Below are positions 46,901-56,070 of a DNA stretch of 64,000 nucleotides, one piece after another (position 1 is the stretch's first letter; every line of letters begins with the position of its first letter). This DNA comes from a virus. A program made the translations under genes and the position numbers. The DNA lies in the IMG/VR virus record IMGVR_UViG_3300020196_000003, one strand, 5' to 3'. Below the pieces are notes generated by a model. That model was not told the DNA's origin. It saw only the letters and a list, made by a program, of their open reading frames with translations, and did no database searches.

Positions 46901-49500
46901 GCCGTAGGGTAAGCAAAAAATCTTATATCAGGACCAGTTCTTTTCCTAGCGGAAAATAAAAAGGGTTGTGGTGATTTTAATAAATATTTTTCATTTGATA
47001 TGTATTTGTTTGGATCTGTAGATGACAAAACATCATATCCCGAAAACATTCTTTGGAAGTCTAAGACGGCTCTGACTACAACATCTTGTGATATATCATC
47101 ATTAGTAATCAAAGTTGTGAATGATTTGAAATAAGGATTAAGACCTGCACATTCATAAGGATCATCTCCGTTTTCGTCATTTTCAAAATTTGGATGACTT
47201 ATTACGTAAGATTGTGGCGAATTCAATGGGGCGATTAGTGAATTTGGCTGAGTCACCTTTAACTCAAATCCGGCAGATCCACTACTGCTCAATCCATTTT
47301 GAGTGTCTTGGATTTCTTGTTTAATTGTGTTTTCATCAAAATCATCATCTAAACTAGCGTTACCACATTGACACTCACAACTTGTACAATCTGGATATGC
47401 AATCATTGGCAGTCCTATTCTTGGAAAATTATCTATTTTACCATTTTTTGTATTGTTAATAAAAAATTTTGTATAAAATATTGTAAATACAATACCTGCG
47501 GCCACTGTTGCTAAAGCATACAGACCTTGACCTATGATTTGTAAAATTGTAGCCACTGAAATTACTGGACCTCCAACGTTTGCATCCGTTAAACTTAAAA
47601 TGTAATAAGCCAAGTCCACACCAGCCTTTACACCCATTGCAGTTATATAAGGGCCTAAAAATAATAACACATATTTTAATATGGGCCAAAGAAGTGCAAT
47701 CAAGTGAGCTACAAATAACAAGACAAGTATTGGAAAAGTTAGAATGTTTATAAGAATGTTGAAAATAAAAAATATGAAATCGAAATTTCGTATAATGTCG
47801 TTTACTGGAAACGTACTAACCGTTGATTTACAAGTGCGATTGTCTATTTCTTTTATACCTAAATGTTTGGCTCTTCCAAAACCATTTTTGTATCTGTCAA
47901 GGAACATTGCCGTTGTATATATTCTGTTATATTGGAATTCATAAAAAGTATCCTTGCAATCTATAGCTTCTTGTACATCTACATAATCATCCCAATCTGT
48001 GCTAAATGCATAAGAACGATAAAGATCAAACAATGATTGTGGATATTGTTTAAAGTTTATAATTTGTGGTTGTGATGGGTCTGTAGGATTTGCAACAATT
48101 TGAAGTGTGTCTCCAAAATTTAATGCAATTGCATTTAATGTTCCTGTATATGGAACTCCATTTATATATATTATATATGATGTTACATTAACCGCTGTTG
48201 GATCCGCTAAACCTTGATTAAAATTTATTGTTGTAGTTGCTCCCGTTACAACTCCTATAGGTAGTGTATATGAATATGTTGAGGTTGAACTATTTGTGAA
48301 TGGATCTTGTGTGTAGTTTGACCATCCGTATTCTTTTATATTCGGTACTAAAAAATTTGCCCTTAAAAAACTGCCTTGCAGACCTTGTTCATTTCGCCAC
48401 CTCAATCTAAATCGATACTTTCCTTTTGTAGGTATTCCTTTACTTGGATCGTTGGATATTATTTGTTGTCCAAATTCGTTGGTAAATACATAGTCCAAGT
48501 TCATTGGGATATTGACTAAAAAAGTTCCGTCACTATCAATTACTTCACCACCCTCCCCAATTTGATATTGTTCCAAAATTGGTAGTCCTTGGTCATCAGA
48601 ATTTATGGTCTGTCTAATTGATTCAATTATACCTGGTCCTGAGACTAACTCACATAGGTTTCCAGTATTATTTTTTGGTTTACAGCTCACCTTTAACGCG
48701 TCGTCATCTGTTGTGGAAACTATTGACCCCATAAAAATCGCTGTGGGTTGGATATTAATATTAGCCAATTTGGTTAAATCAAAATCTGCTCTAGTGATTG
48801 CGACTTGACATAAATCTTGGTCTCCCCAAAATGGGACAACATCAACGTCAAAAATTAAATTTTTGATTTGTGGTAATTCTCTTAAGTTAGTTGATGTTTT
48901 GTATTTTGCCCCGTCAACTTGGGACTCAGTTGCCAAACCTTGTTGGACTAAATCTTGAGGATGTAATGAAAAACATCCTATATCAGAAAGGTCAATATCC
49001 ATTACTATTTTTTGTACACCTATCGGAACTCCAAAAATCATAAAATCCCCACTTTCATTTGTTTTAACTGTAAATCTATAATATTTGTCGTAAACTTCGA
49101 TATAAGTATCGCTCATCAAAACATCCGAAATGTTAGGAAAAGATCCTGTTGATTGATGTCCTCTATAAGATGGTAATTTTGGTAATAAATTATATCTATA
49201 TCCCTCGTCATTTGTATCTGTGATTGTTTTGTAAGGATATATGTCCGTTATTGATGGATTTAATTCATCCGCATCTTCTAACGGAATAAAAACGGATATT
49301 TTAGCGTTAGGTAATCCGAATCCGTTATTTACAAAAACTCTACCAACCACAACACCATAATCTGCACACATTCTTGTGTATACATTATTCGCTAATAACT
49401 TCAAGGATAAAACTTCAAGAGATTCCCAATCTTGTTCCAAATTGACGTTGATATACTTATCACTACCAACTTCGGTCCTTATTCTGTATGATTTAGGCAT
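43945..49500 (-). CDS. large baseplate-region protein with internal hydrophobic (TM-like) segment
   Basis: 1851 aa; N-terminal GVVVGRV..NNG.GLPNAKISV and TNESGDFMIFGVP.G beta-sandwich motifs; about 110 aa hydrophobic block. Confidence 0.7.
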   Translation of the reverse strand: MPKSYRIRTEVGSDKYINVNLEQDWESLEVLSLKLLANNVYTRMCADYGVVVGRVFVNNGFGLPNAKISVFIPLEDADELNPSITDIYPYKTITDTNDEGYRYNLLPKLPSYRGHQSTGSFPNISDVLMSDTYIEVYDKYYRFTVKTNESGDFMIFGVPIGVQKIVMDIDLSDIGCFSLHPQDLVQQGLATESQVDGAKYKTSTNLRELPQIKNLIFDVDVVPFWGDQDLCQVAITRADFDLTKLANINIQPTAIFMGSIVSTTDDDALKVSCKPKNNTGNLCELVSGPGIIESIRQTINSDDQGLPILEQYQIGEGGEVIDSDGTFLVNIPMNLDYVFTNEFGQQIISNDPSKGIPTKGKYRFRLRWRNEQGLQGSFLRANFLVPNIKEYGWSNYTQDPFTNSSTSTYSYTLPIGVVTGATTTINFNQGLADPTAVNVTSYIIYINGVPYTGTLNAIALNFGDTLQIVANPTDPSQPQIINFKQYPQSLFDLYRSYAFSTDWDDYVDVQEAIDCKDTFYEFQYNRIYTTAMFLDRYKNGFGRAKHLGIKEIDNRTCKSTVSTFPVNDIIRNFDFIFFIFNILINILTFPILVLLFVAHLIALLWPILKYVLLFLGPYITAMGVKAGVDLAYYILSLTDANVGGPVISVATILQIIGQGLYALATVAAGIVFTIFYTKFFINNTKNGKIDNFPRIGLPMIAYPDCTSCECQCGNASLDDDFDENTIKQEIQDTQNGLSSSGSAGFELKVTQPNSLIAPLNSPQSYVISHPNFENDENGDDPYECAGLNPYFKSFTTLITNDDISQDVVVRAVLDFQRMFSGYDVLSSTDPNKYISNEKYLLKSPQPFLFSARKRTGPDIRFFAYPTAVTLAQKLNEFNTRDKYFYNGTSNVANSGVNKIKTIVNPTSGSTPFEDQVVVILMNAGSASQIGAGNLLTFQNPLSTNSGLISRMINLTGATLNQFQNNAITGVTTTGVTSTTVPYANPSNPTASLSATIVINTPQVSQLPVNGNVAVEQSYLQFNPDLEYFQLITGITISEFNNIKNPIGLSGFFPEAYLYHNMQYIRPNCDLDGFITETIADYIKYMSNYENLEICIFVRGVDPNTPKQTINYDLSRIFGYNSYNQVNIQGQYYLNIPIQALPTGVKPQQHDTSTNNANNLYFPSYTFTADSGSYTAFTSNLPYYYLSTDDTLSNNYSPFPSFFNTNTNSTSNLQQTLINSQSLPLLPVSFYTVGGTYMRWNSNVSLPIALTTGSGGSCNSNCQKQQYYKHPVNGPYFIAQAGLVSTYSPAYYTYPLSEINFLDSNRIVMRSDRLPTSTKTENGAQINTGYALHQNNNFAFYAVGGVLSPPTISAGLDLPSGESLDQDDITSGLTNTLTCEGMVPLACYSGSGNNVGVLPAGQCSIPANRMINGCYCLLNKKYVSQYDEDVRLFLEWKVRFTMNFAACRGVFAQAFQNNWINGVLYMFNFNKRLQFSLNPSSSNYSYCKNVIIFDDINNIFYYRSSPWNNTIQEFIGKASPTPNPNIPSSLINYPGYGYNKRQIQFPTTLVDLGPRDSFINEICCKTDASSYYADQLKSTSYQDNADIVQLGFLSRILNQGVRQRIIPISTGGKNSEGKGIVQFFNSNRGGDRIDGDWAQMLSINSEWKVLPFIVENLQGPNANSYIFFGDNYYPSNPPSGAEIKPVLGLFFQTPEESSRYRQIESPGIETYSFNPLIQNYFGYPKSQEVPHYKWSLKKSNPSQNIFGTEDNNWYTDIIGQGFFKKNYQDLNFTTSGEKYKTSTTNLGYITNYTLAGVPEPLIPPTVVNFGQPSGIPNQAVVVGAPYHFYFGLNNGKTAIDRFYKLYVSVEEE

Positions 49501-49577
49501 TAAAAAATCGTTTTTTCATAAATAGTTTATTTCCCATTTTCATAGAAAAATAGTCCAATTCATAAAAAAATAAATTA

Positions 49578-51425
49578 CTAAGAAAAATTAACCGATTTTA
49601 AGTTCAAAACTCTAATATTAATATCTTTGTTGGGGAATCTAATTTGGTATACTTGAGTGGGGGTTGCAAATATAGTATCGGCCGTAGGTTGAATTTGTTT
49701 TGTCAAAGGATCTAAGTAAGGCATTGAAGTTTGTGCTGAAGAATACTGTCCTCCAACTTGATTAAAAAATAAAATATCAGAAACACTTACTACTCCATTT
49801 TCTGACTGAAGAAGTTTTCTGATTTCAGAGATGTTAACATTCTGTCCTAATTGAATTACTAACGGATTAAAATATTCTGAGACAATCTGGATCGCCTTTG
49901 TTATAAGCGCCCCTTGGTTTTGACTGTTATCAAGTACAAGATCTACTGTTACACTCAAATCAATTGTTTCTGCCGCTTCCACAGATATATAATCATTTAT
50001 CATTCTATAATTCGAAAGATAATTAGCAATGTTTTGTTTAAGAGTGTTCGACACCACATTTGATAAGCTACCTTCAGTATCATAAGATAACATTTTGATT
50101 CTTATCTTATTGTTTTCTTCGGTAATTGCAACTTTAGCTGGCGCACCAAATTGGGATGGCATAGTCCTAATCAAAGAATTATAATCATTAACTGTAACCG
50201 CCCTTTTCTGTGCCGCAAAATTAAAAGAAACCATGTTTCTAACATCTTCAGTTGTTGGTAAATTAGCGCCACCGATAGTTGCGGTAACATTATTACACTG
50301 TAAACTGTTGATAACAGTTCTATTTACCGAATCCGAAGGCCCATTTACTGCAAAAGAAATAGTCCCAATCTGATTAATGGTGTTTAATCCAACATTACTA
50401 GCTAATCCTCCTCCAATTCTATATTGAACAAAAAGAGTGGTATTGGGCGTTAGTGCCGCTCCCATGGCGTAATTGTTGGTGTATCTACTCAAATCGAATC
50501 CTTTGCCGTCTCTTGCAAATTCTCGAAGTTGTTCTTCAGCAGAAATATTTCCTCCACCAAAAGTTAATTTACAAAAACCTTGAGGTGTATATTCAGAAAT
50601 AAATTTATTCGATGTCGTTATGTATCTTCCAACTTTAATACCTGGTTGATCAGAAACTTTAGTTGGGTCTTCAACAAAAATTCTATCTTGAACTAAGGCG
50701 TCCACTTCATACCACCTGTCTAAACCCAAACTTAAAAAATCTTGTGGGCTTGGTGTTGTTGAATATTGTGTTCCAGGTTTTAACAAAACACTTGTTATAT
50801 TGAGAATATTTTTTTCAGGAAGAAACAATTCTAAATAAGGTTTAACATCATTTGGTGTTATAACTCTTTTGAAAACTTTTGTAACTCCATTTACAACTAC
50901 TTCTCTTTTTACAATAGTATAATTAATTAGTTTTCCACTCGAGTCAAAATTTGGAATTTTAACTCTATTAGGTGACCCTTCAGCGTTTATTGGTGACGCA
51001 AAATCAATATCGTAGACTGTTTCAAATGGTTGTCCAGCGCCATTAACTAAAGACCCTCTTCTCAAAATTCCACAATATCTCAGATCTTCTCTATCTCCAA
51101 AAGCTGGAACGGTAATTGAAAAATCTACTAATCCAACTGAAGGTCTTTGACCCGGCACTTTCAATCCGTAAGTTCTTGCAATATTGTATACAGAGTTTTT
51201 TTGTTGGGCAAATTGTAATACGGTTTCTTGAATACTTCTGTCTATCTGGTAATTCAAATTATCTGTCACGGCAGCATTCAAATCCAACATTACTGAAAAA
51301 ATACCGGCGTCGTTGAAATTTTGAACTAAATCTGGATAGTACGTTCTTGTAAAATTTATAAGTTCAGTTCTAACTCCTTGGAAGTCTCTAGCTACGTATG
51401 ATATTTTTTTTTCTGCCATATTCAT
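49578..51425 (-). CDS. baseplate wedge protein (T4 gp6/baseplate J-like)
   Basis: ARDF..VR.ELI, YRIGGG..SNV, AQKRAVT.NDY; adjacent to the gp25-like gene. Confidence 0.85.
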   Translation of the reverse strand: MNMAEKKISYVARDFQGVRTELINFTRTYYPDLVQNFNDAGIFSVMLDLNAAVTDNLNYQIDRSIQETVLQFAQQKNSVYNIARTYGLKVPGQRPSVGLVDFSITVPAFGDREDLRYCGILRRGSLVNGAGQPFETVYDIDFASPINAEGSPNRVKIPNFDSSGKLINYTIVKREVVVNGVTKVFKRVITPNDVKPYLELFLPEKNILNITSVLLKPGTQYSTTPSPQDFLSLGLDRWYEVDALVQDRIFVEDPTKVSDQPGIKVGRYITTSNKFISEYTPQGFCKLTFGGGNISAEEQLREFARDGKGFDLSRYTNNYAMGAALTPNTTLFVQYRIGGGLASNVGLNTINQIGTISFAVNGPSDSVNRTVINSLQCNNVTATIGGANLPTTEDVRNMVSFNFAAQKRAVTVNDYNSLIRTMPSQFGAPAKVAITEENNKIRIKMLSYDTEGSLSNVVSNTLKQNIANYLSNYRMINDYISVEAAETIDLSVTVDLVLDNSQNQGALITKAIQIVSEYFNPLVIQLGQNVNISEIRKLLQSENGVVSVSDILFFNQVGGQYSSAQTSMPYLDPLTKQIQPTADTIFATPTQVYQIRFPNKDINIRVLNLKSVNFS

Positions 51426-51883
51426 TAAATATTAAGGATAACAAAATCTTGAGATTCGAAGGCTGAATCTGTAATTTTGTAATCAATTTTGATTCTTGCG
51501 GTGTGTTCTAAATTAGCGATGTTTGTTACTTTGAACTCTCTTTCTCCTGAACTATTTACGGTGTAACCTTTGTTTTCTAAACCAGCAGAAGCAGGTTCCA
51601 CAGTTATATTTGTTACTTGTAAATTTGGCATGTAAGTTTTGACCGTATCTCGTATTTCAGATTCTATATCGGAAAAGGTTGGTCCATCTAAAGGTTCGAA
51701 AATATATTCATATAATCTAGTACCGAAATTTGGTAAATAATATCTTGAGCCTTTTCTTGTTAAAAGTAAGTGGACAAGATTTGATCTAATTTCAGTTTCT
51801 GTAGTACTTGTAACGTCCAAATACCTTCCAGTAAACGAATCCACAAAAGGGAAAGAAATACCATAAGTAATACCATTTGCCAT
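51425..51883 (-). CDS. baseplate wedge subunit (gp25/GPW-like)
   Basis: IRSNLVHLLLTRKGSR...PNFGTRLYEYIFEP. Confidence 0.9.
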   Translation of the reverse strand: MANGITYGISFPFVDSFTGRYLDVTSTTETEIRSNLVHLLLTRKGSRYYLPNFGTRLYEYIFEPLDGPTFSDIESEIRDTVKTYMPNLQVTNITVEPASAGLENKGYTVNSSGEREFKVTNIANLEHTARIKIDYKITDSAFESQDFVILNI

Positions 51884-51930
51884 ATCACATATAAATATAA
51901 CTTAGGTTTTTTTTAAGTAAAAAATATATA

Positions 51931-51960
51931 AATAAAAAACCCTCCTGTTATAGGAGGGTT
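51931..51960 (-). terminator. rho-independent terminator
   Basis: AACCCTCCT-gttat-AGGAGGGTT stem with a U tract on the minus strand. Confidence 0.8.
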
Positions 51961-51969
51961 AAATTTTAT

Positions 51970-52092
51970 TTATCTTCTTCTATATTGTCTTTGTCTGTAG
52001 GATTCAACACTTTCAACCATAACAACAGGAGTTCTTCCGAGTCTTCTTAAATTTCTTTGACTATAATATTTTTTATTTATAAATATTACCAT
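51970..52092 (-). other. Arg-rich mini-ORF or deletion remnant
   Basis: MVIFINKKYYSQRNLRRLGRTPVVMVESVESYRQRQYRRR*; lies between TATTTAT (52079-52085) and a terminator. Confidence 0.35.
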
Positions 52093-52104
52093 ATAAAAAA
52101 ATCA

Positions 52105-52317
52105 CTACCGAAGTAATGATTCTCCTTTTTTATATAAAGGTTCGTATGGACAATGCTTACAACGAGACCCACAACAACTCCCTCTTTTAATATGATACGA
52201 TTCTGTCATTACGATCTTGTTGTTTTCATCTTTATAAAAGTCAGGTTCAGGATATTTTTTTGTTGTCTCCTGAACATATAACTGTTGTATCCAATCGTTT
52301 GATGCGCTTACTGTCAT
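52105..52317 (-). CDS. DUF5522-like Cys-rich small protein
   Basis: VMTESYHIKRGSCCGSRCKHCPY. Confidence 0.75.
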   Translation of the reverse strand: MTVSASNDWIQQLYVQETTKKYPEPDFYKDENNKIVMTESYHIKRGSCCGSRCKHCPYEPLYKKGESLLR

Positions 52318-52319
52318 GA

Positions 52320-54179
52320 TTATACTATTTCACAAGCTCCACCCGCACAAGCGGCTTCACCACTAAGGTTTGTATTATCTTGTAATTCGATTACTTTTGT
52401 TAAATCTACATCTGATAATGTTTTAATCAAGCGGTCGAAATCTTCTTCTGTACAATCTTCAAATGGTGCTTGAGTGTATGTTCCTCCATTATATGGTAAC
52501 ACAGATAAACCATTATAAAATTTTCTGTTGTTCCACATCCAATCCCCAACTAAATCCCACTCGTCTTCTTTAATTGAAACCGTCGCTGATACGTTGTGTG
52601 AGTTTTGACCTCCTCTGTGTCCAAATTTGATCCACTCTTGAGATACTTTTTTAACACGTTCCAACATTTGGAATACTGACTCGTGACGAAAAATAGATCC
52701 TTCAGGTGACTTTTGTGGGATTGTAATTACCGCAGTGTCATGAGGTCTAAAGAACTCATCTTCAACTAACTGAGGGTGATTGATTGCCAAGTAAGAATAG
52801 ATTGCTTCGTTTTTACCAACACGAATTCTTCTTAAATAGAAATTATTATGCCAAGCGTGAATACCTGAAGATGTACCTAAAACCAAAGATGAAGTTCCTG
52901 ATGGTTTAACAGTTGTTGTTCTTGCCGCCTTGTTGATTCCAATAAGATTAACAACTCTTTCATTTTCTTGTTTAACAGCAATCGCCGCAGCTTTCATATC
53001 ATAACCCAAAACAACACCTGATCCAATACCTGTCATACCAACTCCGATAAGAGCGTCTTTTTCGGTTGTTCTTTTCCAAACATCACGAAGATAGTGGAAA
53101 TCTGTGTAACCTGCTTGGAGTGTCCCGATAAATGCCGCCCCTTTAACTCTTTTTTCAAAGTCTTCTTGAGATTCGATGTCAGACGCATTTACCTCACACA
53201 AGTTACAGAACTGATAGGGACGAAGACCGATTTCACAACAAGGATTAGTTCCCCAGTCTTTATCGTTTGATAAATAGATTCCAGGTTCTCCCGCTCCTGA
53301 CAACTCGATTCGTTTCCAAAGGTCCATAAAATAATCTTTAGTAACTTTGTGACGAAGAAGAACTGCTGAGTTATTTGCTCTACCTCTTTGGGGATTTGAT
53401 TCCCACCAACCTCCAGACTTACAAGAAATCATTTCATCATCATCTGCCGAGAATAGTGAAATCAAAGCCGCTCTGCGAATACCACCTGCTAATACTGAAT
53501 CTGCAATATGGCAAATAATATCGTGGGTTTCAATAGGTGAGAGTTTTTCACCGTCAACTTTGTTTTCAAATACTTTGATAATGTTATGAATACAATCTTT
53601 TAATGGTTGTGGTCCAGGAGCTTTTCCTCCTGATGTAACCAACAATGCACCCTTTTGACGGATATCTGAAAAGTCAAAAATTGGTGTTGATGATTTAACA
53701 CCTAAATAAGATTCGATCAATACTTTGATTGCATCAGCCCACCCTTCAATGCTATCCCCGATTAAATATCTTCTTGTTCTATTTGGATTCGGTTTTTTAA
53801 TTTCAGGTAGTTTTTCTACGTGATGTTTTTGAACTGAAAATCCTACACCTGTACCACCTAACAATAAAAACATTGTTTCTGAAAATGCATCAAAGTGGTC
53901 AATTGGCATGTATGCACAGTTATAAATTCGGTTTGGTGAGATTTCAATTGGTTTTCCACCAAATTGTAAAGATCTCATTGAAGGTAAGATTTTTTTATCA
54001 TATACCATTTGATAAACTTCTTCGATCTCATCTTTAATTTGTGGGTATTTCTTTTGGTGCATTTGTTTGTTTCTTGTCACCAGTTCTTCCCACGTTTCTC
54101 GTCTGTTTTTTTCAGGAAGAAACTTTGCGTATTTCATATACACCGTGATATCACTTAATATTCTTTGCGAAATATCCAT
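52320..54179 (-). CDS. nrdJ: class II (adenosylcobalamin-dependent) ribonucleotide reductase, monomeric RTPR type
   Basis: YNC, GTGVGFS, GGIRRAA, GTNPCCE, FCNL, TTVKPSGT, C-terminal CAGGACE. Confidence 0.93.
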   Translation of the reverse strand: MDISQRILSDITVYMKYAKFLPEKNRRETWEELVTRNKQMHQKKYPQIKDEIEEVYQMVYDKKILPSMRSLQFGGKPIEISPNRIYNCAYMPIDHFDAFSETMFLLLGGTGVGFSVQKHHVEKLPEIKKPNPNRTRRYLIGDSIEGWADAIKVLIESYLGVKSSTPIFDFSDIRQKGALLVTSGGKAPGPQPLKDCIHNIIKVFENKVDGEKLSPIETHDIICHIADSVLAGGIRRAALISLFSADDDEMISCKSGGWWESNPQRGRANNSAVLLRHKVTKDYFMDLWKRIELSGAGEPGIYLSNDKDWGTNPCCEIGLRPYQFCNLCEVNASDIESQEDFEKRVKGAAFIGTLQAGYTDFHYLRDVWKRTTEKDALIGVGMTGIGSGVVLGYDMKAAAIAVKQENERVVNLIGINKAARTTTVKPSGTSSLVLGTSSGIHAWHNNFYLRRIRVGKNEAIYSYLAINHPQLVEDEFFRPHDTAVITIPQKSPEGSIFRHESVFQMLERVKKVSQEWIKFGHRGGQNSHNVSATVSIKEDEWDLVGDWMWNNRKFYNGLSVLPYNGGTYTQAPFEDCTEEDFDRLIKTLSDVDLTKVIELQDNTNLSGEAACAGGACEIV

Positions 54180-54195
54180 TTTAATTTTTTTTTAA

Positions 54196-55587
54196 TTAAT
54201 TATTTGTTTGATTTTGGGAGTCCTTTTGTTTCCTTTTTTCAAGTAACTCTCTAACTCTTTGTCTTTGTCTTTCCTCTTTTTGTTCTTCTAACCCTAAGAA
54301 AGTCATAGAGCTTTCAGTATCAATTTCAATCATTGCATTATCAAATTTACAATTTTCAAACACTACCCCATCATCACCTATTCGAGACTTTGTTATCGCG
54401 ATGGTTGCCAACTTTAATTCTTTTTGTTGCAACGTTTTAGCCACCGAGATAATAACATGTCCGACTTGTGCTTTTTTAATTGATCCACCCATTTGATCGG
54501 TCGTTACAAGTTCTGAAGATATTGATGACCTATTTCCTTGAGTTGCGGTCCATCCAACTAAGTTCATTTCGTGACACATAGCCTCGAATGCTCTCATAAC
54601 AGATCCTTCACTTTTCCACTCATCACCTAAGTTTTTGTCAGGAACAATACAATCAATATAGTCTAAAACAACCATATCAATTTTAATTCCTTCGGAAACC
54701 ATTTTTCTAATTTGATTTTTAATTTGTAACATCGTGAGTGTATCAGATGGAAGTTTTTTCAAAATAAGTTTGTTTGGCATCTTGTCGTGGATCTCTGTAA
54801 CCGTATTCATAACATCTTTCTTTTTTTCTGACAAATCATCAGGATGAATCTTTGTCCATAATGTGAAGTGTTTTCTTTGTATTACTTTTGGGTTGTCTTC
54901 GAAAAAGATTTGTAAAACATTGAAACCAAGGTTAAATGCGTGGTTTGAGATTTTGGTTAGTACCGTAGATTTTCCAACACCAGTTGGTGCTAAAATAACT
55001 CCGATTTCACCTTTAGCCAAACCACCTTTTAATAGTCTGTCAATTCCAGATATACCCATAGGTATAGGATGTCTATAATCATCTTCGAGAACTTGATCAA
55101 GGTTTGAGAATACGTCTAACATTGACGTATCTTTTGCTCCGACCTGAAGGGCCGTTTTTACCATTTCTTCGAGAGTGTCATAGTTTTCAAACTCGCCCCC
55201 ATCAATGATCTTCTGTGCTTTTCCCATAACCTTTTGAAGTTCTTGTTGTTTACAGAATTTCAATGCTTTTTCTTGAACAAAACCTACTCCATCAATAGGT
55301 GCATCTTTAATTTTTTTAATTGTGTCTAAGACAATCTTCGATGCCGTTGCCTGTTGTAGTTCAGATTTGCTTATTTGTTCAAGTGTTTCAAAAGACGGTG
55401 TGTGATCGTATTTTAGGTAATACTCTTTTACCATTTGAATTAATATTTTAAAATACTTGTTTTCAAAATAACTGTTTTCGATAACATCAAGAATGGAGTG
55501 TGAAAAGTCTTTATCTACAATAATTTGATTTAATAGTTGTAATTGAAAAGTGTTTCCTAAATACTCAAAATTTTTACTTGTCGCCAT
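54196..55587 (-). CDS. dnaB: DnaB/gp41-like replicative helicase
   Basis: APTGVGKS, VLDYID, WTATQGNR. Confidence 0.92.
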   Translation of the reverse strand: MATSKNFEYLGNTFQLQLLNQIIVDKDFSHSILDVIENSYFENKYFKILIQMVKEYYLKYDHTPSFETLEQISKSELQQATASKIVLDTIKKIKDAPIDGVGFVQEKALKFCKQQELQKVMGKAQKIIDGGEFENYDTLEEMVKTALQVGAKDTSMLDVFSNLDQVLEDDYRHPIPMGISGIDRLLKGGLAKGEIGVILAPTGVGKSTVLTKISNHAFNLGFNVLQIFFEDNPKVIQRKHFTLWTKIHPDDLSEKKKDVMNTVTEIHDKMPNKLILKKLPSDTLTMLQIKNQIRKMVSEGIKIDMVVLDYIDCIVPDKNLGDEWKSEGSVMRAFEAMCHEMNLVGWTATQGNRSSISSELVTTDQMGGSIKKAQVGHVIISVAKTLQQKELKLATIAITKSRIGDDGVVFENCKFDNAMIEIDTESSMTFLGLEEQKEERQRQRVRELLEKRKQKDSQNQTNN

Positions 55588-55620
55588 ATGTTTTTTTCCT
55601 GTTGGTAAAAATAAATAGTC

Positions 55621-56070
55621 TTAGTTTTTAATAAATTCAGAATAAAAATAATTATATTTTTTACCTGAAAAAATGTCAGTAAGTGACGCAAGTATGTTTT
55701 TTAACTTTGGCCGTAGGTCTACGGTATATCTGACCTTTGGAGGATAAACTTTAGCATCAAACTCACGCTGACAAATTGTCATGTCTCCAAGTTTAATTAT
55801 CAAGTTAAAATTTTCAGGACCTTCAGTAATTGATGTGTCTAACACATTAGGATTCTCAAAAATTTCATATTGATTATCTAACATATAAGTTACCGATCTC
55901 ATTTTTAAATCATACTTGAGTTCATTACATAAACTTGTAATGTGTTCATAAAACTCTTCAGATTTATGAGCGTTCTTATTAAACCCTCTAACATTAAAAA
56001 ATCGTTGAACTACAATGTTGTTATTACACATTAACAAAAATTCTAATTTTGTTATATCCTGGTCTTTCAT
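55621..56070 (-). CDS. hypothetical protein
   Basis: 149 aa, coupled to the exonuclease gene. Confidence 0.75.
   Translation of the reverse strand: MKDQDITKLEFLLMCNNNIVVQRFFNVRGFNKNAHKSEEFYEHITSLCNELKYDLKMRSVTYMLDNQYEIFENPNVLDTSITEGPENFNLIIKLGDMTICQREFDAKVYPPKVRYTVDLRPKLKNILASLTDIFSGKKYNYFYSEFIKN

Noticed and set aside
25040-49500. Diversity-generating retroelement acting on the fibre genes
   Set aside because: No reverse transcriptase and no adenine-variable TR/VR pair were noticed in the window.
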